In this document: positions 1-9,742 of the stretch, piece by piece | Layout of the letters: every line of letters starts with the position of its first letter | How positions within the stretch are numbered: the stretch's first letter is position 1 | NCBI GenBank assembly: GCA_040954595.2 | Contig: JBECUI020000069.1 | Span: 1 to 30,052 of the forward strand | Length of the DNA: 30,052 nucleotides | Reading direction: 5' to 3' | Source: Balanoglossus misakiensis | Lineage: Eukaryota; Animalia; Hemichordata | Notes under the pieces: generated by a model | The model's input: the letters and a program-made list of their open reading frames with translations, nothing else | What the model was told of the DNA's origin: nothing | Database searches by the model: none | Translations under genes and position numbers: made by a program

Positions 1-946
1 ATCGAGCCTTTGATCGGCATTCTTGTCGGCTGCAATAAATATTTTGCCGCAGTGCTGGTCATTTCCTCTTTGGTGATCGAGCCGTCCTTGTCAGCATCAT
101 GCTTTTCCAGCATGTGCCCGAGCCGATTCATGCCAGCATGGCGCTCGCCATCACCATGCCGGTCATAGCTGTCATCATGCTTATGCTTGCGGTCATGGGC
201 ATTGATCACCCCATCGGCATTGCGATCCATCTTGGCAAAAACTTTTCGAGCCATGACAGCAAACTCATCGGCAGAGATATATTTGTCGCCATCACTGTCC
301 ATTTGGAAAAAACATGCATTTTTTTGTGCTTTTTCCCATGAGCTTGCTTGCCTCATGCATTGAGCGCAATTCCTCTTTATCGAGCCTTTGATCGGCATTC
401 TTGTCGGCTGCAATAAATATTTTTGCCGCAGTGCTGGTCATTTCCTCTTTGGTGATCGAGCCGTCCTTGTCAGCATCATGCTTTTCCAGCATGTGCCCGA
501 GCCGATTCATGCCAGCATGGTGCTTGCCATCACCATGCCGGTCATAGCTGTCATCATGCTTGTGCATGCGGTCATGGGCATTGATCACCCCATCGGCATT
601 GCGATCCATCTTGGCGAAAACTTTTCGAGCCATGACAGCAAACTCATCGGCAGAGATATGTTTGTCGCCATCACTGTGCATTTTGGCCATTTTGGAAAAA
701 ACATGCATTTTTTGTGTTTTTTCCCATGAGCTTGCTTGCCCTCATGTATTGAGCGCAATTCCTCCTTATCGAGCCTTTGATCGGCATTCTTGTCGGCAGC
801 AGTAAATATTTTTGCCGCAGTGCTGGTCATTTCCTCTTTGGTGATCGAGCCGTCCTTGTCAGCATCGTGCTTTTCCAGCATGTGCCCGAGCCGATTCATG
901 CCAGCATGGTGCTTGCCATCACCATGCCGGTCATAGCTGTCATCAT
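1..946. repeat. Near-identical intragenic tandem repeat, about 2.5 visible copies
   Basis: ATCGAGCCTTTGATCGGCATTCTTGTCGGC recurs at 1, 379 and 768 (periods 378 and 389 nt). The third copy matches up to about 946. Confidence 0.95.
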
Positions 947-1022
947 TGTGATGCTGGCGGTTATACATGGAACAACCTCCAAGCAATGTAACAACAACAC
1001 AAGCATATAGGTATTTTTTCAT
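1..1022 (-). CDS. His-rich multi-EF-hand lipoprotein made of tandem ~130-aa repeats (frameshifted; 3' end beyond left edge)
   Basis: ATG at 1022 preceded by AAAGGA. Signal peptide with lipobox MKKYLYACVVVTLLGG-C. Each repeat has EF-hand-like loops DADKDGSITKEE, DKNADQRLDKEE, (D/H)SDGDK(Y/H)ISADE and DRNADGVINAHD. Pieces are in ORFs 585..1022 and 292..708. Confidence 0.85.
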
Positions 1023-1053
1023 GGTTTTTTCCTTTGTAGTTTTTCTACTATTC

Positions 1054-3837
1054 TTATGGGGCTATTTTTTTCTGAAACAATTCGATTGTTGCCGCTCTTC
1101 TTGTTTGCAGTTCCAAATACATGTTTTGGAAACTCTTGTGTCCGGTGATCGAGCACAGCCAGGTCTTGAAGCCCTCTGGCGCCTCGACATGATTGAGCAG
1201 AGCCGTATCAGCGACGCTCAAGGCCTGAGCCAGATATTGCTGCAAGCATATTCCCTGTTTCAGGATTCGGCTTTCCTTGTCGGTAAAGGCGCCGATCGCA
1301 GACAGGGAGGTCAGGGCATCCAGCGTGCTGGTCCGGTCGATATCGGGATATTGTCCGATATTTTCCAATATGGCCTGTTGTATGATGAACTCGGCATCGA
1401 GCAGTCCTCCGCGGCTTAGTTCATGTCCCATTCGGAGCCAGGCGGTCGTTCCTTGGCCAGTTTCAGCCGCATCTCATGCATATCGGCCTTGATGTTCAGC
1501 TTGCGAGCACTGGCGGCGGCCAGAGCCTTGATGATGCTGGTTTCCAGCCTGACACACAGATCCACGCTCCCGACAATGGGACGCATTCTGGTCATAGCCA
1601 TATATTCCCATGTCCATGCCTGTTCCTGATAATATGCGGCAAAGCCGACATTTTGACTGCTATTGGTCCCGGCCTGTCCTGATGGTCTGAGCCGCATATC
1701 GACCTCATACATCATGCCTTCCATGGTCTGGGCCGACAGCGCCGAGATCAGACGCCGGACAAAGCGGATAGAGAGATCATTGCTGCCTTGGGTCCGGCTC
1801 ATGTACAAGCATCAGATCAAGATCGGAGATTGCGGTCATTTCGGATCCGCCAAGCCCTCCCAGAGCACAAATAGCCCATTTGGCATTCCATTTGCCATAT
1901 TTGTCCTCTATCTCTTTGAGCACTCGCAAGGACAGGGCATGTATGCATGATTCGGCCAGATTGGCATAAGCGGCTCCGATTTCCCTGATGCCGGCGCGGG
2001 CTTTAATAGCTGATAGCCGATGCGTAATGCTTCTTCGCGTTTGAATTGTCTGGCGCGGTCACATGCTTCTTCCAGATCGGCGGTAGCGGTAAGCTCGGAC
2101 AGGGCGTTCAGCCTTTTTTCCGGCGGGTCGTCGCGCAGAGCCTCATCAAAGCTGCTATCGAGCATGGCTTCGAGCAGATCCGGGTGGCGAACCAGATCGC
2201 GCCCCAATTGCGGAGCATAAGACATGGTGGCGATCAGTTCATTGCTAAGCTCCGGCTCGGCCAGCAAGAGCGAGAAGACTTGTACCCCGGCCTTGAGTCC
2301 GGAGAGAAAATTGCTCAGCATGGCCCATGCGGTGTCCGGAGCACCGGTAGAAGCTGCCGCTTCCAGCAGGCGAGGGGTCAATCTGGTAAATAATTCGCGT
2401 CCGCGAGTCGTCCGCGTCGCCAGCAAGCCGCCACGATGCCAGCCGCGAATGGTGTCGATCATCGCCGAAGCATTGGAAAAACCCATCTTGCTCAAGGTGA
2501 GTACGGTGTCTGGATCGTCGTCGATTCCGGTAAAGACCAGATTGCCGGTGCGACCAGACAAGCTTTCTTCCGGCTCGAATAATTGCACATAGGCATCATG
2601 CACTGTCTGCCTTATCCAGAGCAGCAATTCATCAAAATCGGCTTGTCTGGCAAAGCCGCATAATCGGGCGATAGCGGCGCGGCTATCGGTATTGGCTGGC
2701 AGAAATGCGTTTGTTCGTCTTGCCGCATCTGGATACGGTGCTCCAGCATTCTTAGGCACTTATAGGCGGCGACCAACTCATTGGCGGTGTCCTCGGTGAG
2801 GACGGCCAGATCCGCCAGCACCGACAATACCGGACAAGTGCCCGACACCCGCAAACAAGCTTCTCGCCCACCAAGGATCAGTTGCCGAGTCTGGGCCAGA
2901 AATTCGACCTCCCGAATCCCGCCACGGCCAAGTTTTACGTCAAAAGCCGGATCCTCCAGCAAATGATGTCGGGAGCCGGCATGAATTGCCCAATAATCAA
3001 GGTGACGCCGCGCCCAAGATGAAAAGGAGATAATTGCTGCAAGAATATAGCAGCAGCCTCGGAGTCTCCGGCGCAAAAAGCGAGCCTTGGTCAGAGCCAT
3101 ACCTCCCAGTTCTGGCCGACGCTTTCATAATATTCCAGAGCATATTCGGTCGATACCGCTATGGGCGTCGAGCCAGGATCAGGACGCAGCCGCAAATCTA
3201 CCCGGAACACATAACCAAAACTATTTACATTGTGTAATATGCGCACCATTTTCCGAATGGCCCGGATCGCTGCCTCGCCGCATCCTGTGTCTGTCGTCAC
3301 AATGCTCTGGATCGAAAAAGACGACCAGATCAATATCGCTGGAAATAATTCAGTCTCATCAAGCGCCGAGCTTGCCAAGAGCAAGCACAAATAATCCGCT
3401 CCCGGATAGGGGCTGCGTAACCCGATCGCCAGATAGCAACTCGCTCCATGCGGTGGCCAGAGCCTTCTCCACGGGCCAGATCGGCAAAGTCAGACAAGAC
3501 CCGCATGATCCGCCATAATGTCCACTGCCCACAAAGATCGGCAGCCGCAACAGCCAGATGTATCGCATCCTTGGCCAGGCGTAATTCCCGGTCGATTGTC
3601 GCTTCGCCGCTCGAAGGATCCAGTGCCGCTACCGCCGCCATGGTTGTTTGCACCATCTGCCCGGCCCGTCATCGCCAAGAGCCGAGGCCAGATCAGCTCG
3701 CCGCCGGAGCAGGCGATCCAGATATGGAGCATCATTTGACCAGCAATCTCGATCGCCCGATACGGACAATCGCTGATCGGAGTAATCAATTTTCTGCAAA
3801 TAATGGGAGCGGGACGTTCTCCGACAAAACTCTTCAT
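1054..3837 (-). CDS. glnE: Bifunctional glutamine synthetase adenylyltransferase/deadenylase (multiple frameshifts)
   Basis: Two nucleotidyltransferase halves. Fragments include LALGKLGA, GYVFRVDLRLRPDPGSTPIAVS..ALEYYESVGQNWE, DVKLGRGGIREVEF, LRMLEHRIQM, YEVDMRLRPSG..AWTWEYMA and RGGLLDAEF. ATG at 3837 overlaps the degP stop (ATGA). Confidence 0.92.
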
Positions 3838-5290
3838 TCCAGTCGGACCGGCAAAAAGACAGTTCTGTTGGCCTTGCGGACCGCTACCACAAGTGCTCCC
3901 TTGCCATCCCGGCGAGCATTATTGATCGCCAATCGCAAATCCTGCTCCGGAGCCAAGAGCCCAGCCCATTGGCCTCCAGCAAGGCGTCTCCGACCGATAT
4001 GCCGACTGCATGGAAAGGACTATCCAAAGCCATTTCAGAGATGATCAGCCCCTGCTCATCCTTGCGCAAGGACAATCTTTGTCGATCATAACCGCTTGGT
4101 GGTTGGTATTTAGCCCATCAGCATAGTATTGGGTGTTGTCGAGGAGGCCGAATTCTTTGGTCTGGTGCCGATCTTCACCCTCAAGGTGAGCGTCCGCTTG
4201 TTTCTGGCAATGGTGAAGCGAGTTCTTTGCCGGGCTTCATTACTCCGACCTGACGAGTGACCTCGCGAGCGTCTCTGGTTTCCTTGCCATTGATCGCAAT
4301 GATCACATCGCCGCGCCGAAAGCCACCTTGCTCGGCCGGGCTGCCGGGCACTGACTTCGCTGACTATGGCGCCATAATCGAATTTGATTTCGCGAGCCTT
4401 GGCTATCTCCTTATTGATCGACTGGATCGAAACTCCGAGCCCAGGCGAATCACCTCGCCATTTTCGATCAGATTCTTGACTATGCGCGAAGGCAACACCG
4501 GCCTCGATAGCAAAGCCAATACCAACACTGCCGCCCGATGGCGAGACTATCGCCGTATTGACTCCGATCACTTGACCTTTGGTGTTGAAAGTCGGGCCCC
4601 CGGAATTGCCGTGAATTGATCGAAGCGTCAATCTGGATGAAATCAGCATATGTCCTGCCGATCTCTGCGCCCCAGTGCCCGAAACTATCCCCACAGTTGC
4701 CGTCCCGCCAAAATTGAACGGATTGCCGACCGGCAACAACCCATTCTCCGACTCGGGGCTTGGCGTCATTGGCAAAGGCTACATAAGGTGCTGTTCCGGC
4801 AATGATACTTTGAGCACCGCCAGATCGGTCTGCTCGTCGACCCCGACCGTTTGCGCTGGCAATTCGCGGCCATCATGCAGCTTGACCATTATCTTGCCGC
4901 CATCCCCGATCACATGCCCATTGGTGACGATATGACCTGTCGCCGAGATGAAAAAACCAGAGCCTGCGGATCTTTTTTTTATGGTTTGTCTTGGCTTTGG
5001 CAAGGAGCGATTGCGGCGCCGCATGAACTCCTCCAATTCGGGGACAAGAGACTCAAACTCTGGCATTTGCCGCAATTGCTCCGAAAGGGCCATTGCTCGT
5101 ATCTGCGACATTATTGGTCACTTGCACGCTTACTACTGCCGGTGAAACTCTCTCGATCAATTCGGAAAAGTCTGCCAGAACATTTCTCGATCTGGGGAAC
5201 GCATATCGCTCGCTGAGGGCTGTCCCGGCATTGGCTGAAAATATCAGAGCCAGAAACAACGACATCAAACCAATTTTTGCATTTTATCAT
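3834..5290 (-). CDS. degP: DegP/HtrA (Do family) periplasmic serine endoprotease with PDZ domains (frameshifted)
   Basis: Signal-like N-terminus, then DFSELIERVSPAVVSV, GSGFFIS..HIVTNGHV (His), TDLAVLKV (Asp) and GNSGGP (Ser), followed by PDZ-like LGVSIQ. C-terminus read manually as ...RTVFLPVRLE* with the stop at 3834-3836. Start inferred at ATG 5290 after GGAGA. Confidence 0.88.
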
Positions 5291-5435
5291 TCTCCAGAAA
5301 TTCTTTGTCTGCGATCTGCAAATCCGGCCTGGTGCCTGGATTTCCAGTGCCAAATACGGAAAAACAGATATCATATTATGAGATGAGTATAACATATTGT
5401 TTATCAATAAATCAAATCGGGCTATGAGTTTTTGC

Positions 5436-5801
5436 TCAGGCTAGAGTTTTTGCTCGAAACAAGACAATTAGCGCCCAATATCCCGCCTCCCAACATAAGA
5501 CAGGCATAGCCCATATAATCGTCCGGCTCCATGATGCTGTCCTGGTCTTAGCAGCACATATTCGCCATAGCGTTCGGCAAACAGGCGGGCGTATTTGCTC
5601 GTCTGTGGCTTCGTTGCGTATTTGCTCGCGCACGGCGCGGCGCATGTCTTGGGCCAGGTCAGAGGCCGAATGCGAGATCGGCTCATTCTGGCAGGCGACA
5701 CAGCGTATCTCATACATCAATCTTTGAGCACGAGCCTCCTGTCCCGGATCGTCCAGCGGCGCATCAAGAGCGGTCAGGATTAGCAAGATGGCGGCGATCA
5801 T
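5436..5801 (-). CDS. ccmH: Cytochrome c biogenesis protein CcmH/CycL (frameshift near the middle)
   Basis: EIRCVACQNEPISHS..LAQDMR (CxxC motif). FAERYGEYVLLRP continues in another frame. Directly downstream of ccmF. Confidence 0.9.
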   Translation of the reverse strand: MIAAILLILTALDAPLDDPGQEARAQRLMYEIRCVACQNEPISHSASDLAQDMRRAVREQIRNEATDEQIRPPVCRTLWRICAAKTRTASWSRTIIWAMPVLCWEAGYWALIVLFRAKTLA

Positions 5802-7719
5802 ATTCTGCCTCTATGAGCAATAGCGCGTTCCCGGAACGACAGAAGCGCTCCGATGACGATCATAGCCATACCGGCAAATACCAGTTCTATCACCGGATTT
5901 TGCGAGACCCGGACGCTCCATGCGCCTTTTCGGTCCCGGATCGGCTCGCCGAGAGCCACATAGAGATGCCCGCCAATATGCCGATGCCGATAGATCGCCA
6001 CTTCGGTAGTCGGAGCAGTATGCGAGCCGGTATAAATGCGTTTTTCCGGCTCCAGCACATGGGTCATCCGGTTTTTGCTGGCAATGATCCGGGCGCGATG
6101 CGCCTCATAATTGACGCCTTCCACCGCGCGGACGCCCTCGAAGCTGAGTTTCCACTGGCCAAACTCCATGCTCTGGCCGGGGGAGGGAGCATATGTCCGC
6201 TCGATCCGGCCGCTAGTTTCGGCGATGGCTCCGAGCGCCAGGGCACCAAGGCCAATATGGGCGATACTGGCTCCGGCGATTGCGCATGGTCCCCATAGGG
6301 CCCGGAGAAGACCATAGCGCCCGATATGACGCAGCAGATCGACGATACTGCCAGCCATGACCCATAAGGCCAGACCGGCTCCCAGCGAAGCCAGGATTTT
6401 GCCGGAAAACAACAAGGCTCCGGTCAGAGCGGCTAGCACTCCGGCCAGAAGCAGATATTTCTTGCCGCGGAGCCGCCCGCCGCTCCAGTCGAGCGAACGC
6501 GCCAGAGGCGGCAAGAGCAGCAAGGCCAGAGCTACCGGAATGAGGCTAATAGTGAAATAGGGTGCTCCGACCGAGATTTTTTCGCCGCTACTAGCCTCGA
6601 CCAGCAGCGGATAGAGCGTCCCGACCAGCACTGTGCCGGCCGCGATACTGAATAACATATTATTCAATATCAGCGCTCCGCCGCGGCTGAATATCGACGG
6701 AACGGGTCCGGCGACCAGATGCGGCATTCTTAGCGCAAATAGTCCAAAGGCGCAGCCTCCGACGATCACCAGGATTGCCAGCAAGAACAAGCCGCGCTCC
6801 GGGTCGAGCGCAAATGTATGAACCGAACTCAATATGCCCGAACGGACCAAAAAGGCTCCGAGCAAGGACAGGCAAAAAGCCAGAACCGCAAGAAAAGCCG
6901 TCCAGCCGGGCAAGGCTCCGCTCCGGGCGGTCACATTCAAGGAGTGGATCAGAGCCGCTCCGACCAGCCACGGCATCAGGCTGGCATTTTCCACCGGATC
7001 CCAAAACCACCAGCCGCCCCAGCCCAGTTCATAATAGGCCCAGATCGATCCGCTCATAATGCCGGCTCCGAGCGTGGCAAAGGCGAACAAGGCCCAGGGG
7101 CGAACCAGATTTGCCCATTCAGCTCCGATATGATTGGCGGCTCCGGCTTGGTTTGCTCTAGCCAGCATTCCGGCTCCGGCCAGCGAAAAGACAAAGGAAA
7201 AGCCGACATATCCAAGATAGAGCAATGGCGGATGTACCGCCAAAGCCGGATCCTGCAATAGCGGATTAAGTCCATTTCCCCTCTAGCGGCGACGGGTATT
7301 GGCGCAAAAACGGGTTGGAGGCAAATAATAAATAGGCTCCGGATATGGCGGTGAGCGCCGCCTGGATGCCAAGGGCGCGTGTTTTTAGAGCGCTGTCGGG
7401 CATGATCAGGACTGCGGCTCCGGCATAGAGCGCCATGACCAGACACCAAAGCAGCATCGATCCTTCATGATTGCCCCAGCTTGCCGAAATCCGGTATAAT
7501 AATGGCTTCAGACTATTGGAATTGGTAGCTACCAGCTCCACCGAAAAATCCGAGCGGACAAAAGCCAGTACCAATACCAAAAAAAGCCAGCAACATTGCC
7601 ATCATCGCTCCGAGACTGGCTCTGTTGGCGGTTTGGCTCTGTCCGGTCAGGCCGGCAATAGCTGCAATAACGGCCATGGCTATGGCCAAAAATGCAGCCA
7701 GATGTCCGGTTTCGATCAT
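5798..7719 (-). CDS. ccmF: Heme lyase CcmF/CycK (frameshifted)
   Basis: [13 protein letters not shown]-terminus, [60 protein letters not shown] (WWD motif) and SVHTFA. Confidence 0.95.
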
Positions 7720-8200
7720 TTGGTTTTTGCGGCTTCGCTGCTCTTGGCGGCCCTGCTGCTCTCGGCGGCCCTGCTGCTTTCGGCGGCCCGGCGGAGCGCT
7801 TCATATGCTTCGCGCGGCATATAATTCTCGTCATGTCGGGCGAGCACTCTGCTGGCTTGCAAGATGCCGGTTCCGGAGAAGCGTCCTTCGGCGACTATTC
7901 CTTGTCCCTCAGAGAACAGGTCGGCAGGGTCGAGCGGGTCAGAACGCTGATCGAGTGCCGTCCGTCCGATATGGCAAACATGGTCGATCCGTCTCCATTC
8001 TGGCGAACCGAGCCATATGCTACCAGTCCGCCGATGCGCCAGACGGCTCCTTTAGAGGCGAGATTGCGCTCGACGATCTCGCTGGGGGCGCGGAAATAAA
8101 CCACCGAATCCCGCAAGGACAACATCACCAGAGCCGAAGCCGACAATAATAATAGCGCTCCAATGCCGAGCATCCAGCCACGTTTGGTTCTTGCTCGCAT
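7716..8200 (-). CDS. ccmE: Heme chaperone CcmE/CycJ (frameshifted)
   Basis: N-terminal TM segment, then VVYF..PSE and RIGGLV. After the frameshift, [13 protein letters not shown] (H-x3-Y heme motif). TGA at 7716-7718 overlaps the ccmF ATG. Confidence 0.92.
7737..7790. repeat. 3 x 18-bp in-frame minisatellite in the ccmE 3' end
   Basis: GCTGCTCTTGGCGGCCCT / GCTGCTCTCGGCGGCCCT / GCTGCTTTCGGCGGCCCG, encoding [18 protein letters not shown] on the minus strand. Confidence 0.9.
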
Positions 8201-8203
8201 ATT

Positions 8204-8596
8204 CTAGCGTTCCTGTTGGCCAGGAGCGATGGGGTTTTGTCTGATTGCCTTGATGGTCATGCTCAGCCTGGCCTTTATCTCTGACAATAATTTTTCTGCA
8301 TCTTCCTGGCAGAGAGGCATTTGCCTTCGTCCCTGTTTTTCGGCTCGATCGCAGGCTTCGGCCAGACCCGACGCCCCTATGCCGGCAGCCGCACCTTTGA
8401 TCGTATGACAGGTATCGGCCCATATGGACGGCTCGAGCCCGGCATCCAGCGTTTTGCTCCAGATTTTGGCTTGGCAGCAAAATAGATCCAGCAGCTCGCG
8501 CATCAGCAATATATCATCACCGCTATTACGCCGCAATATTGTTTCATCGAGTTCGCTTGACATATTTTCGCTCTGTATCTGGCTGTGCCGGAGCAT
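8204..8596 (-). CDS. Stand-alone Hpt (histidine phosphotransfer) domain protein
   Basis: LD..IL...SGDD..LMRELLDLF followed by W...CHTIKGAAAGIGA..LA..C..AE (H-x-[LI]-K-G motif). Confidence 0.88.
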   Translation of the reverse strand: MLRHSQIQSENMSSELDETILRRNSGDDILLMRELLDLFCCQAKIWSKTLDAGLEPSIWADTCHTIKGAAAGIGASGLAEACDRAEKQGRRQMPLCQEDAEKLLSEIKARLSMTIKAIRQNPIAPGQQER

Positions 8597-8632
8597 GGCA
8601 ATAAAAATTGTAGCAAAATTTGTACTATGTGA

Positions 8633-8661
8633 TTGACAAGATGATTACAATCATATGCAAT
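8633..8661 (+). promoter_or_regulatory. Possible sigma70-type promoter with an operator-like palindrome in the spacer
   Basis: TTGACA at 8633-8638, a 17-nt spacer, then TGCAAT. The perfect inverted repeat ATGATT-AC-AATCAT lies at 8641-8654, in the AT-rich divergent intergenic region. Confidence 0.4.
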
Positions 8662-8839
8662 GCCTGTTGTCTTGTTGCGATTGCCGCGCTCGGCTTGCGT
8701 TCGGGAAGCAGGCCATAATGGCCCTTAAGGGGAGCAAGAGCGCAGAAGAGACTGCCTGAGCAAGGATAAAGGGCTTGGGCAAAAAGAGGCTTGGCAAAAG
8801 CGATCAAGACAGACGAGGCTAAGGCTTAAGGATAGATCA

Positions 8840-9157
8840 ATGCTTGAATTCATGATAGCTGCCAGAGACATGATAATGTCGTGCCTATTGGCTTGGCTGG
8901 GCTTTGGAGCGGATGCTTCGGATGCCCGCAATGGCTATATTAATCAGGTTACCCCCCTGATCGAGATCGGCTATGAAAACTGTGTCGATACTGAGCTTGA
9001 AAGGGTGATGGACGACGCTTCCGGCGTGTGATTCGCTCCGGCAGAAGACTGGGCAGAAGAAGAGCTTTCAGATAGCAGCTTCAGCCTAAGGCCGGGAAGA
9101 CGGATAGCGCTGACGAAGAGCGCAAAAGCATCCTGCCTTGCCGCGCAGAAGCGGTAA
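8840..9157 (+). CDS. Small hypothetical protein with an in-frame TGA at 9029-9031
   Basis: AAGGA upstream of the ATG and a hydrophobic N-terminal stretch. The frame continues past TGA as FAPAEDWAEEELSDSS...ASCLAAQKR* to TAA at 9155-9157. Confidence 0.45.
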
Positions 9158-9612
9158 TATTGGGATACAGGCTTGTCCGAGCCTGTCCGGATTATTTGAA
9201 CCACCGCTATTTTCATTGCCATAATTGCCTTTAGCACCTGACGGATAGCGCATAAGCATCCTGCCTTGCCGCGCAGAAGCGGTAATATTGGGATACAGGC
9301 CTGTCCGGGCTTGTCCGGATTATTTGAACCACCGCTATTTTCATTACCATAATTGCCTTTAGCACCTGACGGATAGCGCATAAGCATCCTGCCTTGCCGC
9401 GCAGAAGCGGTAATATTGGGATACAGGCCTGTCCGAGCCTGTTCGGATTATTTGAACCGGCCACTATTTTCATTACCATAATTGCCTTTAGCACCTGACG
9501 GATAGCGCATAAGCATACTGTCTTGCCGCGCAGAAGCGGTAATATTGGGATACAGGCTTGTCCGGGCTTGTTCGGGTTATTTGAACCGGCCGCTATTTTC
9601 ATTGCCATAATT
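9126..9612. repeat. Tandem array of about 3.8 near-identical 128/129-bp units
   Basis: GCAT(C/A)CTG..TTGCCGCGCAGAAGCGGTAATATTGGGATACAGGC starts at 9128, 9256, 9384 and 9513. There are no unique spacers. Confidence 0.95.
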
Positions 9613-9742
9613 AGCTTGGTCCGGGGATCTGGATAAGGATTTACCGGCATTTGTCTTGCTCATTTGTCTTGCTATTGAGAGGTATAAGGCTTAAAACACG
9701 CGCTTATAGTCATCGCTCTCAAGCTTTGCTAGTGTGTGATCC

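Noticed and set aside
1-1022. Lanmodulin (lanthanide-binding EF-hand protein)
   Set aside because: The loops lack the Pro at position 2 typical of lanmodulin EF-hands, and no xoxF/lanthanide uptake genes are visible.
967-8149. Plus-strand ORFs over glnE/degP/ccm, and similar antisense ORFs elsewhere in the track
   Set aside because: They are shadow ORFs opposite well-supported genes and have no recognisable motifs.
9029-9031. Selenocysteine or alternative genetic code at the in-frame TGA
   Set aside because: TGA is the normal stop for degP, ccmE, the TipN-like gene and two GT copies, and there is no redox motif context.
9126-9612. CRISPR array
   Set aside because: Units are 128/129 bp and near-identical throughout, with no unique spacers and no cas genes in the window.
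8971-9650. Minus-strand repeat protein (43-aa unit, ORFs 9231..9650 and 8971..9387)
   Set aside because: Two of three periods are 128 nt (not divisible by 3), there is no recognisable domain, and the unit derives from a plus-strand gene end. It cannot be fully excluded if the true period is 129.
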